Shown: positions 36,908-47,678, numbered from the stretch's first letter. The stretch: DNA of 64,000 nucleotides from Polyangiaceae bacterium (GCA_965222375.1 CBDCTZ010000015.1:768001-832000), one strand, 5' to 3'. The notes: generated from the sequence alone by a model not told the origin. Translations and numbers: made by a program.

Positions 36908-39358
36908 ATGCGTTCGCTCCGCTTTGTTGTTCTGACGTCTTTGACTCTGCCGTTCGCCATCGTCGTCGCTTGCGGCGGCAGCGAAGATAACAAGGTAGTC
37001 GGTGGCGGCGGAATAGGCGCCGCAGCCGGCGCAGGCGGTGGGACGGGCGGCGGAATCGATCTGGATTCGGGCACTGGCGGTGGCCCGGCGCAGTGTGGCC
37101 CGACGAAGCCCTGTGAAGCCGGCGTGTGCTCCAAGGGCATTTGTTGCGACACGGCGGAACAGGCGTGCGGCGGCCAGTGTTGTTCGTCTGGCGACGTATG
37201 TCTCTTCGAGCTGTGCAAGACCCCGGGCAAGCCGTGTCAGAGTTCGGCGGACTGCGGCGACGACAAGTACTGCGAGACCAGCTTGGGGGACACCCCCGAC
37301 GGCGGCGCAGGTGACGCGGGCGCAAACGATGGTGGCAAGGTCTGCACCACCGCGGTGGCCAACGCCGGACGCTGTATCGACCTGCCGCCCATCTGCGGCG
37401 ACGGTGGCGGCACCGATGCTGGCAATTGCTTCGAAAAGTGCGAGTTCTTCCCGCCGCCGGGGAATCTGAACACGACCAAGAAGTGGCAGTGGGGACAAGA
37501 AATCAAGCCGCCCGAGTTTGCGGGCTTCATCGACACCTGGTCGACCCCGACTGTCGGCCGTGTCTACGATTCCAACTGTGACGGCACAGTAAACGCCGGC
37601 GATTCGCCAGCGGTGGTGTTCGTTTCTGGCAATGGCAAGGGCACATGCTGCCATTGCACCGGCGACACGGTCAGCCAGTGCAAGACTGGCGTGCTGCGAG
37701 CGGTCGACGGGCGCACCGGCACGACGCTCTGGTCTTTGCGCAGAGCCGAGCCCGGCAGCGTCGGATTCGCTGCCATGAGCACTGCGCTGGGCGACATCGA
37801 CGGCAACGGAAGCATGGAAATCGTGGCCATGACTGGCGAGGGCAAGCTGGCGCTGATCAGCGGTGACGGCAACGTCCTGGCGCTGTCCGACAAGCCCTAC
37901 CCCAACCCAAACCCAAGCACCTTCGGATGGGGTGGCGGCATTGCCCTCGGGGACATGGATGGCGACGGCAACCCCGAAGCGGCCTTTGGCGCTACCGTCT
38001 GGACCCTCACCAGCACGAGTGTCACGCGCTTGTTCAACGGCACGGCGGGTAGCGGTGGACCGGTGTCGCAGGCGATGTCCTTCTTCGTCGACCTGGATGG
38101 CAACGGAAGCCTGGAGCTCTTCGCAAGCAACTCGGCCTACAAGAAAGACGGCACGACTCTGTGGAACCGCGCTGCGGCGGGTCCGCTTGGCGCGGCGATT
38201 CCCAATGGCCTCAGCGCCGCCGCGGACTTCGACGGCGACAAGAAGCCCGAGGTGGTCATCGTTTCCGGCGGCAAGGTTTGGATCCTCGAAGGCGCGACCG
38301 GCGCCGACGAACTGGGTCCTTTCACCTTGCTGGGCACGGGTAGCGGTGGACCACCGACCGTTGCAGACTTTGACGGCGACGGGAAAGCCGAGATCGGTGT
38401 TGCTCAGAAGAACAAGTATTCGATGCTGAAACCCGACTATGCCAACAAAACCATCGTGAGCGTTTGGGAGGCGCCGAACCACGATCTGTCTTCGTCGGTC
38501 ACGGGCTCGAGCGTGTTCGACTTCGAAGGCGACGGCAAAGCCGAGGTCATCTACAACGACGAGTGCTTCTTGTGGGTCTACGACGGCACGACCGGCAAGG
38601 TCCTGTTGGCGGAGTTGACCACCTCCTTCACCGGCACCGAAGCCTCGATCGTCGCGGACGTGGACGGCGACGGCCACTCGGAAATCGTCATGATCTCCAA
38701 CGGCGCCAGCCCAACTAGCTGGAAGTGCAACGTCGCTCCCTGGAACCAGCCGGATCCGGCCAACAACCGACCGGCCTGGAAGCCCCCGGCGGGCCACACG
38801 GCGTACCGCGGGCTCACGGTGTGGGGCGACAAGCAGAACTCCTGGGTCGGTACCCGCACCCTGTGGAATCAGCATGCCTACTCAGTGTCCAACATCTGCG
38901 ACGATCGAGACAGTGCCTGCACCGCTCCGAATACCTACGGTCTGATCCCGAAGCAGCAGCAGGCCAACTGGACACTGCCGTGGCTGAACAACTTCCGACA
39001 GAACGTGCAAGACCAGGGGATCTTCAACGCCCCGGACGCCGTGGTCACGGTCAACGTGGAGTGCAGCGATCCCGTGATTGTGCATGTCACCGTGCGCAAC
39101 ATCGGGCTCTCGGGGCTGCCCGCTGGCGTGCCCGTGGACATCTACAACGGCAGCAACAAGATCGGCAGCGTGACGACAACGCAACCCTTGGGCCCGGGGC
39201 AGAGCGAAACCATCGCGTTCAGCGTTCCTGCAGGCAGTGGCGGTCAGAACGATACCTACAGTGCCAAGATCGACCAGGGCACGAACAAGACCTTCAACGA
39301 ATGTCGTGAGGACAACAACGACGCCCTGGGTGCGAAGGCCAACTGCGGGCCGAAGTGA
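36908..39358 (+). CDS. FG-GAP/VCBS beta-propeller lipoprotein with Cys-rich N-region and CARDB-like C-terminus
   Basis: Lipobox VVAC; repeated DxDGDGxxE; SSVTGSSVFDFEGDGKAEVIY; VRNIG...NECREDNN. Confidence 0.92.
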   Translation: MRSLRFVVLTSLTLPFAIVVACGGSEDNKVVGGGGIGAAAGAGGGTGGGIDLDSGTGGGPAQCGPTKPCEAGVCSKGICCDTAEQACGGQCCSSGDVCLFELCKTPGKPCQSSADCGDDKYCETSLGDTPDGGAGDAGANDGGKVCTTAVANAGRCIDLPPICGDGGGTDAGNCFEKCEFFPPPGNLNTTKKWQWGQEIKPPEFAGFIDTWSTPTVGRVYDSNCDGTVNAGDSPAVVFVSGNGKGTCCHCTGDTVSQCKTGVLRAVDGRTGTTLWSLRRAEPGSVGFAAMSTALGDIDGNGSMEIVAMTGEGKLALISGDGNVLALSDKPYPNPNPSTFGWGGGIALGDMDGDGNPEAAFGATVWTLTSTSVTRLFNGTAGSGGPVSQAMSFFVDLDGNGSLELFASNSAYKKDGTTLWNRAAAGPLGAAIPNGLSAAADFDGDKKPEVVIVSGGKVWILEGATGADELGPFTLLGTGSGGPPTVADFDGDGKAEIGVAQKNKYSMLKPDYANKTIVSVWEAPNHDLSSSVTGSSVFDFEGDGKAEVIYNDECFLWVYDGTTGKVLLAELTTSFTGTEASIVADVDGDGHSEIVMISNGASPTSWKCNVAPWNQPDPANNRPAWKPPAGHTAYRGLTVWGDKQNSWVGTRTLWNQHAYSVSNICDDRDSACTAPNTYGLIPKQQQANWTLPWLNNFRQNVQDQGIFNAPDAVVTVNVECSDPVIVHVTVRNIGLSGLPAGVPVDIYNGSNKIGSVTTTQPLGPGQSETIAFSVPAGSGGQNDTYSAKIDQGTNKTFNECREDNNDALGAKANCGPK

Positions 39359-39864
39359 GTTCCGAGCCGAAGCAGTTTCAGATCCCAGAGCAGAGCTCGA
39401 GCTCTGGCGGGTGCCTCAAGGTGCTCGCCATCACCCTGCCGCTCATTGCTCTGACCGCGTTCTTGTTCTGGAAGGTGTCGCAATCCGCGGGGCGCGGCGC
39501 AGAAGTCTCTGAACGGGTCGTGGGCTCCTACCTGAAGCTGGTCCAGGCGGGCGCGTACCAGCAGGCCCTCGACGCTCACGGCAGTGACGCGTTTCGCAAG
39601 CAAGTCACTGCCGAGAAGCTGAAGGCGGAATACGACAAGCTCGCCAAGCAGCACGGGCGCTTCATTTCCTACGAGCTGTACATCGCCCAAGAGCACCACG
39701 CGATCGGTAGCGATTCGATCGTGCGGGCAAAGTACACCCTGAGGTTCGAAAAGGCTGAGGAGCACGTCGCGTACGACATCTCTGACGAAGGAGGCGCTGC
39801 GAAGATTGCGGAGTCCTACGACAGAGTCGCAGGACGCGATGCGCTGACGCGAATACCCCGCTGA
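39355..39864 (+). CDS. Single-TM hypothetical protein
   Basis: GTGA overlap with the upstream stop; N-terminal TM; GC-biased codon usage. Confidence 0.78.
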   Translation: MSSEPKQFQIPEQSSSSGGCLKVLAITLPLIALTAFLFWKVSQSAGRGAEVSERVVGSYLKLVQAGAYQQALDAHGSDAFRKQVTAEKLKAEYDKLAKQHGRFISYELYIAQEHHAIGSDSIVRAKYTLRFEKAEEHVAYDISDEGGAAKIAESYDRVAGRDALTRIPR

Positions 39865-39989
39865 AGCGCGATTCGATGTCGCTAGCGCCTTCAGGAAAGT
39901 GTAGGCGGACGGGTGGCCGGCACGTGCGCCGCTAGCGTGACACCGTCAAGGCGGCGGCTCTTCGAGCACATCGATGTCTACGACTGGTG

Positions 39990-40913
39990 TCAAGCGCCGC
40001 GCGAAGCGTCTGGAATGGTCAGCTGTGCCTCCACAGACGAGTCGCTGAAATAGCCCTCCAACCATTCCCAGACCGCCGACACTCTGGGCACGTTTCTGAG
40101 GGCACGATGGGCGACGAGCCAGAGGCTGCCTTTGGGCAGGGCGACACCTTTCGTCGGCACGCGCACCAGGCCGCCCTCGAGGGCAGCGATGGGCTCCGCT
40201 ACGAGGAGAGCACCGACCCCGGCACGCGCAGCACGCAGCAGCGTCGTCAGCTCGGAGGCCAGAAGCGCAATCCGGGCTTTGGGGAAGGAAGCGGCGAGCC
40301 AACGAGCTTCTGGAATGTGCGCCATGGTCCTGTCCCAGGAGACCCAGGGAAGCTTGGAGAGCTCTGCTCGGGCTTGGTCGGCCAGAGACGGCGCACAGGC
40401 AATGATCATTCGATAGTCAGCTAGCTTGCGGACCACTAAATCGCCTTCATCGGGCTTGACGACGCGCAGTGCCAAGTCGGCTTCGCGCTGGGTCAGATCT
40501 TGCAGCACGTTCGAGGAGGCAAACTCGATCGTGATCTTGGGATGGCGACAGTGCAGACCGTCGAGGGTCGGCACCAACAAGTGGCTGGCGATGGTTGGCG
40601 GCGCCGCCACGCGCACGACCCCTGAGACCGCCACATCGAGCCCGGCCACGTCGAGCCGCATCCCATCGATCGACGCCGCGCATTGTTCCGCCCAAGGCAG
40701 CACTGTTGATAACGCTGCAGTCCCAACGAGACCCGTTGGCAATCGCTCGAAGAGCCGAACCCCAAGCGAGCTCTCGACCCACTCGATCCGTCGCAGAACC
40801 GTGGCGGTCGTCGTGCCCAACCTGGATGCCGCTTGGGTCGCACTCCCCTCTTCCGCGGCGCAGAGCACCGCTGGCAATCCGGTCAGCAGTTCGAGGGGCA
40901 GCCGCTCTTCCAT
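39990..40913 (-). CDS. LysR-family transcriptional regulator
   Basis: EEGSATQAASRLGTTTATVLRRI...LGVRLFER; DLTQREADLALR. Confidence 0.95.
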   Translation of the reverse strand: MEERLPLELLTGLPAVLCAAEEGSATQAASRLGTTTATVLRRIEWVESSLGVRLFERLPTGLVGTAALSTVLPWAEQCAASIDGMRLDVAGLDVAVSGVVRVAAPPTIASHLLVPTLDGLHCRHPKITIEFASSNVLQDLTQREADLALRVVKPDEGDLVVRKLADYRMIIACAPSLADQARAELSKLPWVSWDRTMAHIPEARWLAASFPKARIALLASELTTLLRAARAGVGALLVAEPIAALEGGLVRVPTKGVALPKGSLWLVAHRALRNVPRVSAVWEWLEGYFSDSSVEAQLTIPDASRGA

Positions 40914-40942
40914 TGGGTTTTCCTCCGTCGAGCAGAACCTAG

Positions 40943-40960
40943 TGTTTCATCAGCAAAACA
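40943..40960. promoter_or_regulatory. LysR-type T-N11-A box
   Basis: tgttt-catcagca-aaaca dyad between divergent genes. Confidence 0.45.
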
Positions 40961-41057
40961 TACCATGCCGTCAATGCCAATGGTGTTTCGTGCAGAGAAT
41001 ACCTATCTCGAAGAGCGGAAAGGGCCCAGTCGCCCCAGGGCCGAAGGGAAGAGACAC

Positions 41058-41663
41058 ATGGATTTGAGGCATCCGCCCAGGATTCTTGGCTTCGTCTCCG
41101 TGCTTGTGACCACCGCACAGGCGCACGCACAGGCAGCGAATGAAACTCGCGAGCAGACTCATCGCTGGGGCGCTGAGATCGATCTCGTTCAACCCTTCAT
41201 TCCAACGGTTCACATCATCAAGCCAAAGCTCACATGGACAGCCTGGGGGAAGTCGGGTGGCCCGCGCGGCGACTTGCTCGCCATTGTCTACATCCGACCG
41301 CACGTACCCCATGACGTCGTCGAAACCATTGACGAGTACATGTTGGGACTCGGCTACCGGCAGTACATTTGGAGGGGGCTGCACCTCGAAGCTCTGGTCG
41401 AAGCAGGGGTGGCCTGGGGAACCAACAAGTTCGACGGCAAGGAGTACACGACCGCTACGCTCTTTGGCGAGGTCAACCTCGGCTATCGCTTTGGATTCTA
41501 CGAGCCGGGTGGCTACAGCTATGACGGCGGGCAGCAGGTGGGCTTCTACGTTGCACCTCAGTTCGGGACCATCTTCAGCCTTGGCGTCGCTGATATCGGA
41601 CCGCGAGACGGCAAGCCCGATTGGTTTCTCCAGGGCAACCTGCTCGCGGGCCTGTCTTTCTGA
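41058..41663 (+). CDS. Small outer-membrane beta-barrel protein
   Basis: AHA signal peptide; LGLGYRQYIW and NLGYRFGF strands; terminal Phe. Confidence 0.8.
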   Translation: MDLRHPPRILGFVSVLVTTAQAHAQAANETREQTHRWGAEIDLVQPFIPTVHIIKPKLTWTAWGKSGGPRGDLLAIVYIRPHVPHDVVETIDEYMLGLGYRQYIWRGLHLEALVEAGVAWGTNKFDGKEYTTATLFGEVNLGYRFGFYEPGGYSYDGGQQVGFYVAPQFGTIFSLGVADIGPRDGKPDWFLQGNLLAGLSF

Positions 41664-41813
41664 ACCCCGAAGCATTCCACACGCACAAAACCGAGGTGAA
41701 GCGCGTCGTCGTCCTCAGAAAGCCAGGTCCGGGCACCCCAAATAGGCCGCTAACTGCCAGCGATGATACAGTCCGGCCGCTGCGTCCGTTCGGGGACGCG
41801 AGGGGACTCTCGG

Positions 41814-43346
41814 ATGTCAACGGAGCGGCTGCGTCGCCAACCTCAGTTCACTCTCTTCACTCAGTCCGTGGAGGACCTGCCCCACACGGTGGAGATCACG
41901 GATATCGACGGCGTTCTGCTCTACGTGAACAAGGCCTTCGAACGCCTGTATGGCTACAGCGCGGAAGAGGTGCTCGGCAAAACGCCCAGGCAGGTCATGC
42001 GAAGTCACGAGCATTCCGAAGAATTCTATCGGAAAGCCTGGCAAGCGATTTCCGAGAACAAGGTCTGGGTCGGTCGTCTGATCAGCAAAACCAAGTCGGG
42101 TGCCCTCGTGCACGCCGACACAGTCGTGTTCCCAGTGAGGAACGACGCGGGTGAGACGACCCACTACGTCGCGATCAGGCGTGACGTGACCGAGCAGCAG
42201 CAGCTGCGCGCTCAGCTGATCCAATCCGAGCGGCTGGCGGCGCTGGGGTTGCTATCCGCAGGCGTAGCGCACGAAGTGAACAATCCGCTGACCTATGTCC
42301 AGTCGACCGTGGATGAGCTAGGCGTGTTGATGGGCCAGCTCGACAGCGACGTCGGCGCCCAAGCCCAGCAGCTGCTCGGCGACCTTCGTGGAGGCATCGA
42401 CCGAATCGAGCATGCGATTCGGGAGCTTCGCGCCTTCGCACAGCCGCAGGAGGACCGCCCAGCACCTCTGGACGTGCGCGACTTGTTGGACCTCTCCTTG
42501 AAGCTCGCATCCAACGAGATCCGCCATCGTGCCCGTGTGGTTCGCGCCTACGAATCGGTTCCCAAGGTGCTTGCCAGCGAGCAGCGACTCTCGCAGGTCT
42601 TTCTGAACCTCGTGCTCAACGCCGCACAAGCGATTCCCGCGGGCGCCGTAGAGGACAACGAGATTCGCGTCGCAACTCACCATGCGCGATCTGGAGCCGT
42701 CATCGCCGAGATTTCCGACACGGGGTGCGGCATTCCGGAGCGCCTGCTGGAAAGGGTTTTCGAGCCCTTGGTCACGACCAAGACCGAGGCCGAGGGCACA
42801 GGCTTGGGGCTCTTCATCTGTCGGAAGGTCGTCAAGGAGCTGGGCGGCCAGATCCGGCTCCAAAGCAAACCAGGCCAAGGGACGACCTTCACGGTCACAC
42901 TGCCGCCGGCCGCCATCGCCGCCGCAGAGCGGCCTCAGCGCAAAGCCAGGGCCCCATCCAACCGACTCCCGCCCCTTTCGCTGCTCGTGGTCGACGACGA
43001 GCCCGGAGTCGCGCGAGCCTTGGCGCGGATACTCTCCTTCCACCGGGTCACCACCTGTGGCGGTGGACGCGAGGCCCTGACCATCACAGCCGAGCGGAAG
43101 TTCGACGCCATTGTGTGCGATCTGATGATGCCGGACGTGTCTGGCATTCACGTCGCTGAAGGTCTCAGTAGGCAACAACCACCGCAACACGATCGCCTGA
43201 TCTTGATGACCGGCGGAGCCTTCACGCCCGAGGCACGAGAGTTCCTCAAGGACGGGAACTACCCACTGGTGACGAAGCCCTTCAATCCACAGGAAGTGCT
43301 GGAGGCGATCCGCATCGTGGTGCAGCGCCCGCGGCCTTCACCCTAG
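41814..43346 (+). CDS. PAS hybrid sensor histidine kinase
   Basis: YVNKAFERLYGY PAS; GVAHEVNNPL; QVFLNLVLNA; DTGCGI; GTGLGL; receiver VVDDE...CDLMMP...KP. Confidence 0.96.
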   Translation: MSTERLRRQPQFTLFTQSVEDLPHTVEITDIDGVLLYVNKAFERLYGYSAEEVLGKTPRQVMRSHEHSEEFYRKAWQAISENKVWVGRLISKTKSGALVHADTVVFPVRNDAGETTHYVAIRRDVTEQQQLRAQLIQSERLAALGLLSAGVAHEVNNPLTYVQSTVDELGVLMGQLDSDVGAQAQQLLGDLRGGIDRIEHAIRELRAFAQPQEDRPAPLDVRDLLDLSLKLASNEIRHRARVVRAYESVPKVLASEQRLSQVFLNLVLNAAQAIPAGAVEDNEIRVATHHARSGAVIAEISDTGCGIPERLLERVFEPLVTTKTEAEGTGLGLFICRKVVKELGGQIRLQSKPGQGTTFTVTLPPAAIAAAERPQRKARAPSNRLPPLSLLVVDDEPGVARALARILSFHRVTTCGGGREALTITAERKFDAIVCDLMMPDVSGIHVAEGLSRQQPPQHDRLILMTGGAFTPEAREFLKDGNYPLVTKPFNPQEVLEAIRIVVQRPRPSP

Positions 43347-43360
43347 GCCGGACCCACCAC

Positions 43361-45508
43361 TCAAGGTCGTTCGCTCTCGGGTGGTTTGGACCAGCGCAGG
43401 CGTTCGGGCTCGAGCCAGTTGACCGAGCAGTACACCCGCCCGCTTTGAGCCAGGGCACACTTGAAATTGTCATGAACCTCAACGGCGGTAACCCGCTCTG
43501 GTAGATCGACTCGCCGAGCGCGGGGCGGATCGTGGTTGAGATCCGCGCACAGCACCTTACCGCCCTTCAGGCCGCACAAGAAACGGCCACTCCCGGCGAA
43601 TCCATCCGTGGCCGTCCAAGGGAAGTCCCTGGCCTTCCCCCCGCGCCAGCAGCGCGCCATCTTGGTGGGTAGACGTGCACAGATAGCGCTTCTCTGACCG
43701 GTCACGGCGTCGAAGTCACCCATTGGGTGGGGAACGTCGTATTGCGTCCCGAATGGGTGTTCGGAGCCCGGTCCCCAACACTGGAGCCGCTTTTCATCCA
43801 GCACGCAGGCGGTGCCCAGCGCAAGCGCGATCCCTTGAATGTTTTTGAATCTGTGCCGGGCATAGCCGCCGCGTTTCGAAAAGCGCACGTGTGCCACGTG
43901 GTCGGGCGTCGTATAGAGCACGCCATCTGCCATTTGGCGAATGGCGCTCACCTTCGCCCTCGCCGGGATGTTCAAGTCGATGCCGCTGCTCGTCGTCTTC
44001 CCACCACGGCGCAAGATGCCATCGTCCAGTAGCTCCAATCCGGTCTCCGGCTTCGCCGAGTGCTTTGCGGACCTTGGGCTGTTTGTGCAGCGATAGGTAT
44101 TGTCACTCATGCGCAGGCACAGCTGGCGCCCGTAGCTGATCCTCGTGGCCTTGGCGGATACGACTGCGGTCGTGGTCAAACGCTCCGTTTGATCATTGAT
44201 GCTGATCCTGCAAAACGGGGTCTTCGCGGTGTTCGAAGTGGCCTGGCACGCGGCGTAGTTGAGCGCATCTTCGTCGCAGCGGCACGGTTCGCCCACTTGG
44301 AGCGCGTCTTTGCAGGACTCGGAAGAACGATCACGCTGATACAAGCGCCGCTGAACCCGACGACGCACCTCTCCGTCCAGTTTGCGTTTGATGGTCGCGA
44401 GAAAAAGCAGCCTAGCGTCTTGGTCGCGACGCTGCTTGCTTGCGTCCAACTCTTCGAACTGCTTGGCCCAGTGATCCTCAAGTGCTTCTGTCGCGCACAC
44501 ACTCTGCTCACACACGAGGTCAGCGGAGCACTGGACCTTCTCGAGCCGCGCATTCAACCCCTTGCACGCCGTCGTAGACGCCGCGAGCGCCAGCTCGCAA
44601 CCTCGTCCGCAATGCCGCTCGATGCGCTTGCAGGCAAGCTCTGCAGCGGCTTCGGCTTCCGAATAGGCCATCAAGCCGATCAAGGCGTCCGTGATGTGCT
44701 TTTCGTCTGGGAAGCTGACAGCGTGACGGGTGAACGCTGGAATGCGCGCAGGGTGCGTGGTGGGCTCGAGCACCGAAAACCCGCGCCGAATGACTTCCGC
44801 CGGTGGAGACTTGGCACTGGACAGATACTTCTCCAGAGCAGCCCGTACACGTTTCTTGGAAGCCTCATCGAGCCCAAAGTAGGCGGACTTCCACTGGCCG
44901 CCGGCACAGGTCGGGCACCTGACCAGCAAGTCCGCAACCGCGCCATGGCCTTTGGTTTTCTTGAGCTCCTTGACGAGCGCGGTGCGACGGTTGGACTTTC
45001 GCCATATCAAATGCGCGACCTCGTGAAGAGGCGGCACTTTCTCCCAAACCGGTTGGTCTTGGTAGGCACCGCGCCACAGAAACGCACTGCCCGCCTTGCG
45101 CTTGTAGAGAATGGCCCACTTCTCGGCACCGCATTTGATGGCGAAGCGCTCGAAACCGTCCTCGGCAACTAGCTTCGCGTCTTCGCCGCAGGAAAACCGG
45201 ATCTTGAAGGAGCCGGCTGGCGTGCGGATCTCCGTCTTGACCTCGTGCTTCCTGGTTGGAAAGCAAATGCCGAAACCGTGACCTCCGGCACACTCGAGGC
45301 CGACGCCTGTCGTTTTCGTGGAGACCCACTCCACGTCGTGCTCTTCGTCAGTCGCAATGACCGTTTCCTTCTTGGAGCAGGTGCAGGATGCCAGCAGCAG
45401 GCTGAGACAAGCCAGCACCGCGACCTGCAGCCTCACTCCGAAGCACGTCTTTCGTCGTCCCGCGATCCCCCAAAGGGGACCCCCTCGACCGATCTCGGGC
45501 CCCGCCAC
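43361..45508 (-). CDS. Large hypothetical lipoprotein with degenerate RCC1-like C-terminal repeats
   Basis: LLASC lipobox; ACVLDEKRLQCWG, ICARL...CWRG, KCALAQSGRVYC. Confidence 0.75.
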   Translation of the reverse strand: MAGPEIGRGGPLWGIAGRRKTCFGVRLQVAVLACLSLLLASCTCSKKETVIATDEEHDVEWVSTKTTGVGLECAGGHGFGICFPTRKHEVKTEIRTPAGSFKIRFSCGEDAKLVAEDGFERFAIKCGAEKWAILYKRKAGSAFLWRGAYQDQPVWEKVPPLHEVAHLIWRKSNRRTALVKELKKTKGHGAVADLLVRCPTCAGGQWKSAYFGLDEASKKRVRAALEKYLSSAKSPPAEVIRRGFSVLEPTTHPARIPAFTRHAVSFPDEKHITDALIGLMAYSEAEAAAELACKRIERHCGRGCELALAASTTACKGLNARLEKVQCSADLVCEQSVCATEALEDHWAKQFEELDASKQRRDQDARLLFLATIKRKLDGEVRRRVQRRLYQRDRSSESCKDALQVGEPCRCDEDALNYAACQATSNTAKTPFCRISINDQTERLTTTAVVSAKATRISYGRQLCLRMSDNTYRCTNSPRSAKHSAKPETGLELLDDGILRRGGKTTSSGIDLNIPARAKVSAIRQMADGVLYTTPDHVAHVRFSKRGGYARHRFKNIQGIALALGTACVLDEKRLQCWGPGSEHPFGTQYDVPHPMGDFDAVTGQRSAICARLPTKMARCWRGGKARDFPWTATDGFAGSGRFLCGLKGGKVLCADLNHDPPRARRVDLPERVTAVEVHDNFKCALAQSGRVYCSVNWLEPERLRWSKPPESERP

Positions 45509-45680
45509 GCCTTGTGCTGTATCAGCAAACCCTTCGCGCAGAAACAGCGCACGAGAAATCCGAATTGCTGAGGGGGGTTGCGCGGCACTCGCTACTCCCG
45601 TGCACGGATGACCTTTGGATTCCGAAAATCCGTCCGTTAAACTGATTATGTAGACGACCTACGGACTGGACGCAGTTTCA

Positions 45681-46121
45681 TTGCCCTCGGAACCTCCCGC
45701 AAAAAGTGCTCCCGTAGAAGCTGACGCAACTCCCGGCGAAGAGTTTCGCACGGTTCTGTTCGTGGACGACGAGACCCAGGTACGCCGAGCGTTCAAGCGC
45801 GCCATGAGCGAACGCGGTTTCAATGTGCACCTCGCGTCTTCGAGCTTCGAAGCAACTCAAATGCTCCAGAAGCACTTCTACCCCGTCGTGATCAGCGACT
45901 ACAGGATGCCCGGGAGGGACGGAATCGCTTTCGCGGAGTGGGTGCAACGCCACGATCCAGCGACCACCTTCATCATCGTATCTGGCGTATCGAACTTCGA
46001 CACCTCGACCTCCGGCGCCGCTGACGACGCCATCGTCGCCAAGATGACGAAGCCCTGGGACGACGACGCCATGGCCGAGGCCATCGAGCGCGCGATCCGA
46101 GTCTGCCAACAGCGCGGCTAA
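45681..46121 (+). CDS. Stand-alone response regulator receiver
   Basis: VLFVDDE, VISDYRMPGRDG, IIVSG, KPW. Confidence 0.9.
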   Translation: MPSEPPAKSAPVEADATPGEEFRTVLFVDDETQVRRAFKRAMSERGFNVHLASSSFEATQMLQKHFYPVVISDYRMPGRDGIAFAEWVQRHDPATTFIIVSGVSNFDTSTSGAADDAIVAKMTKPWDDDAMAEAIERAIRVCQQRG

Positions 46122-46320
46122 CAAGTCTAGGGCACACCCGCCGCGGGGCGAGTTCGACAAAAAGGCGCGGGACCCGGGAACTCGTGGGGCGGTGCGCTGT
46201 CTGAAAGGGGTTGTCGCCAGCTTTTCTCAAAATGGCGGCAAGGGTGAGGCGACTCGCACTAGGAGCTGGCATCGCATGGCAGAGCTGCATTTCGAACCGC
46301 ACACACAACGTCCGGGAGCG

Positions 46321-47640
46321 ATGACCCAGCACCTGCGGGCATTGCAGCCTGTGGGTCCAAAAGTGCTGCGCGTGGCCTGGGTGCGAGGCGGGCGCATCAT
46401 CGAAGAGCGTGTACTGCGCGAGCAGACGCACGTCACCGTTGGGGAAAACGAGAAGAACGTCTTCGTCGTAGCGAATTCGCTCTCCACCTTGCGCCTCTTT
46501 GAGCGTAGCCCCGACGGCTACACCCTCAAGCTCGCGCCCGGCGCCACGGCTCGGGTGGCCCTTGCAGCGGGGAGCTCATTGATGGAGCTCGACGGAGCGT
46601 CAACCCGCCAAGTGCGCCTGACCGGCGAGTCCCGGGGCCGCGTGCGAATGGGGCAGGACACCTTCTTGTTCCAATTCGTGCAGCCGCCGCCGGTGCAACC
46701 CAAGCCGCAGCTACCCGTCGCGGTCATCCGCGGCGCGACGGAAATCGATATTGCAACAACGACAATCGCCGCGCTGTCGTTCTTGTTGCACTTCTTGGCT
46801 GTCGGCGCCCTCTATTCCGACTGGCTAGACCCGGTCGTGGACGACGGCGTGGTCGTGTCCGGGCTGCTCGTAGATGTGAGCGCCCTGCCCGCGTTCGTGG
46901 AAGACGTGGAAACGCCGGCCACGGAGACCAGCACGACTGATGTGTCGCCTGGCAAGCCTGGGCCAACGACAAAAACCTCGCCAGGCAAACCCGGGCCAAC
47001 TGGCAACGCCACAGCTGCCAACGACGCAGCACTCAGTGACCAGCTGGCATCCATAGAGCTCGCTACCTTGGGCGCGTTGGCTCCCGGCGGAACGGCCACC
47101 GATGGCGTGCTCAAGGACGGAGAAGTGCCCACGGGCGCTCTCGACGAAGCCGCCGCCAGTCGTGCCGGTGTCTCCAAGGGCGGATTCAACCTCCCTGGCA
47201 AGGGCGGCCCACTGCGGCCGGGGCAGAACCCAGGGTTGGCGTCACTGGCGGACACCAAGCGCGGCACTTCGGCCGGCAACTCGGGCGAGAAGGTGGCGAC
47301 CAAGGGCCCGACGGGCTCGGTTGGCGTACCCCCGCCAACGACGCAGGGTGGCATCGTCAGCGATGCGCCCCGCGTGGTCGCGGGCATGCGACCGGGCTTT
47401 CGGAGTTGCTACAACAAGGGCCTGTTGGATCACCCGGACGCGCAGGGCAGCATCCGCCTGACCATCCGTGTCGGACCCGGAGGGGAAGTGCAAGGCGTTG
47501 GCGCCGCAGCGAGCGGCAATCTGCCACGCTCGATCGTGAGCTGCGTACGCAACCGCGCATCGGCTGGACAGTTCTCCCCACCCAAGGGCGGCAGTGCGGT
47601 CGTCATCGCACCGGTCAGCTTGGTGAAGCTGAACCGCTGA
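46321..47640 (+). CDS. GltG/PglI-like protein with AgmX/PglI (TonB-C-like) C-terminal domain
   Basis: KVLRVAWVRGGRIIEER N-domain, TM, Pro/Gly linker, FRSCYNKGL...GSIRLTIRVGPGGEV...CV...F; start may be 46276. Confidence 0.8.
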   Translation: MTQHLRALQPVGPKVLRVAWVRGGRIIEERVLREQTHVTVGENEKNVFVVANSLSTLRLFERSPDGYTLKLAPGATARVALAAGSSLMELDGASTRQVRLTGESRGRVRMGQDTFLFQFVQPPPVQPKPQLPVAVIRGATEIDIATTTIAALSFLLHFLAVGALYSDWLDPVVDDGVVVSGLLVDVSALPAFVEDVETPATETSTTDVSPGKPGPTTKTSPGKPGPTGNATAANDAALSDQLASIELATLGALAPGGTATDGVLKDGEVPTGALDEAAASRAGVSKGGFNLPGKGGPLRPGQNPGLASLADTKRGTSAGNSGEKVATKGPTGSVGVPPPTTQGGIVSDAPRVVAGMRPGFRSCYNKGLLDHPDAQGSIRLTIRVGPGGEVQGVGAAASGNLPRSIVSCVRNRASAGQFSPPKGGSAVVIAPVSLVKLNR

Positions 47641-47678
47641 GGCGCACGGCTCTGCCCCCTCCGCTACAAGACTCCGGG

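Noticed and set aside
36782..38875. 697-aa minus-strand ORF
   Set aside because: Antisense shadow of the FG-GAP gene with no motifs; expected in GC-rich DNA. The same applies to 757-1308, 44060-45172 and 57089-58036.
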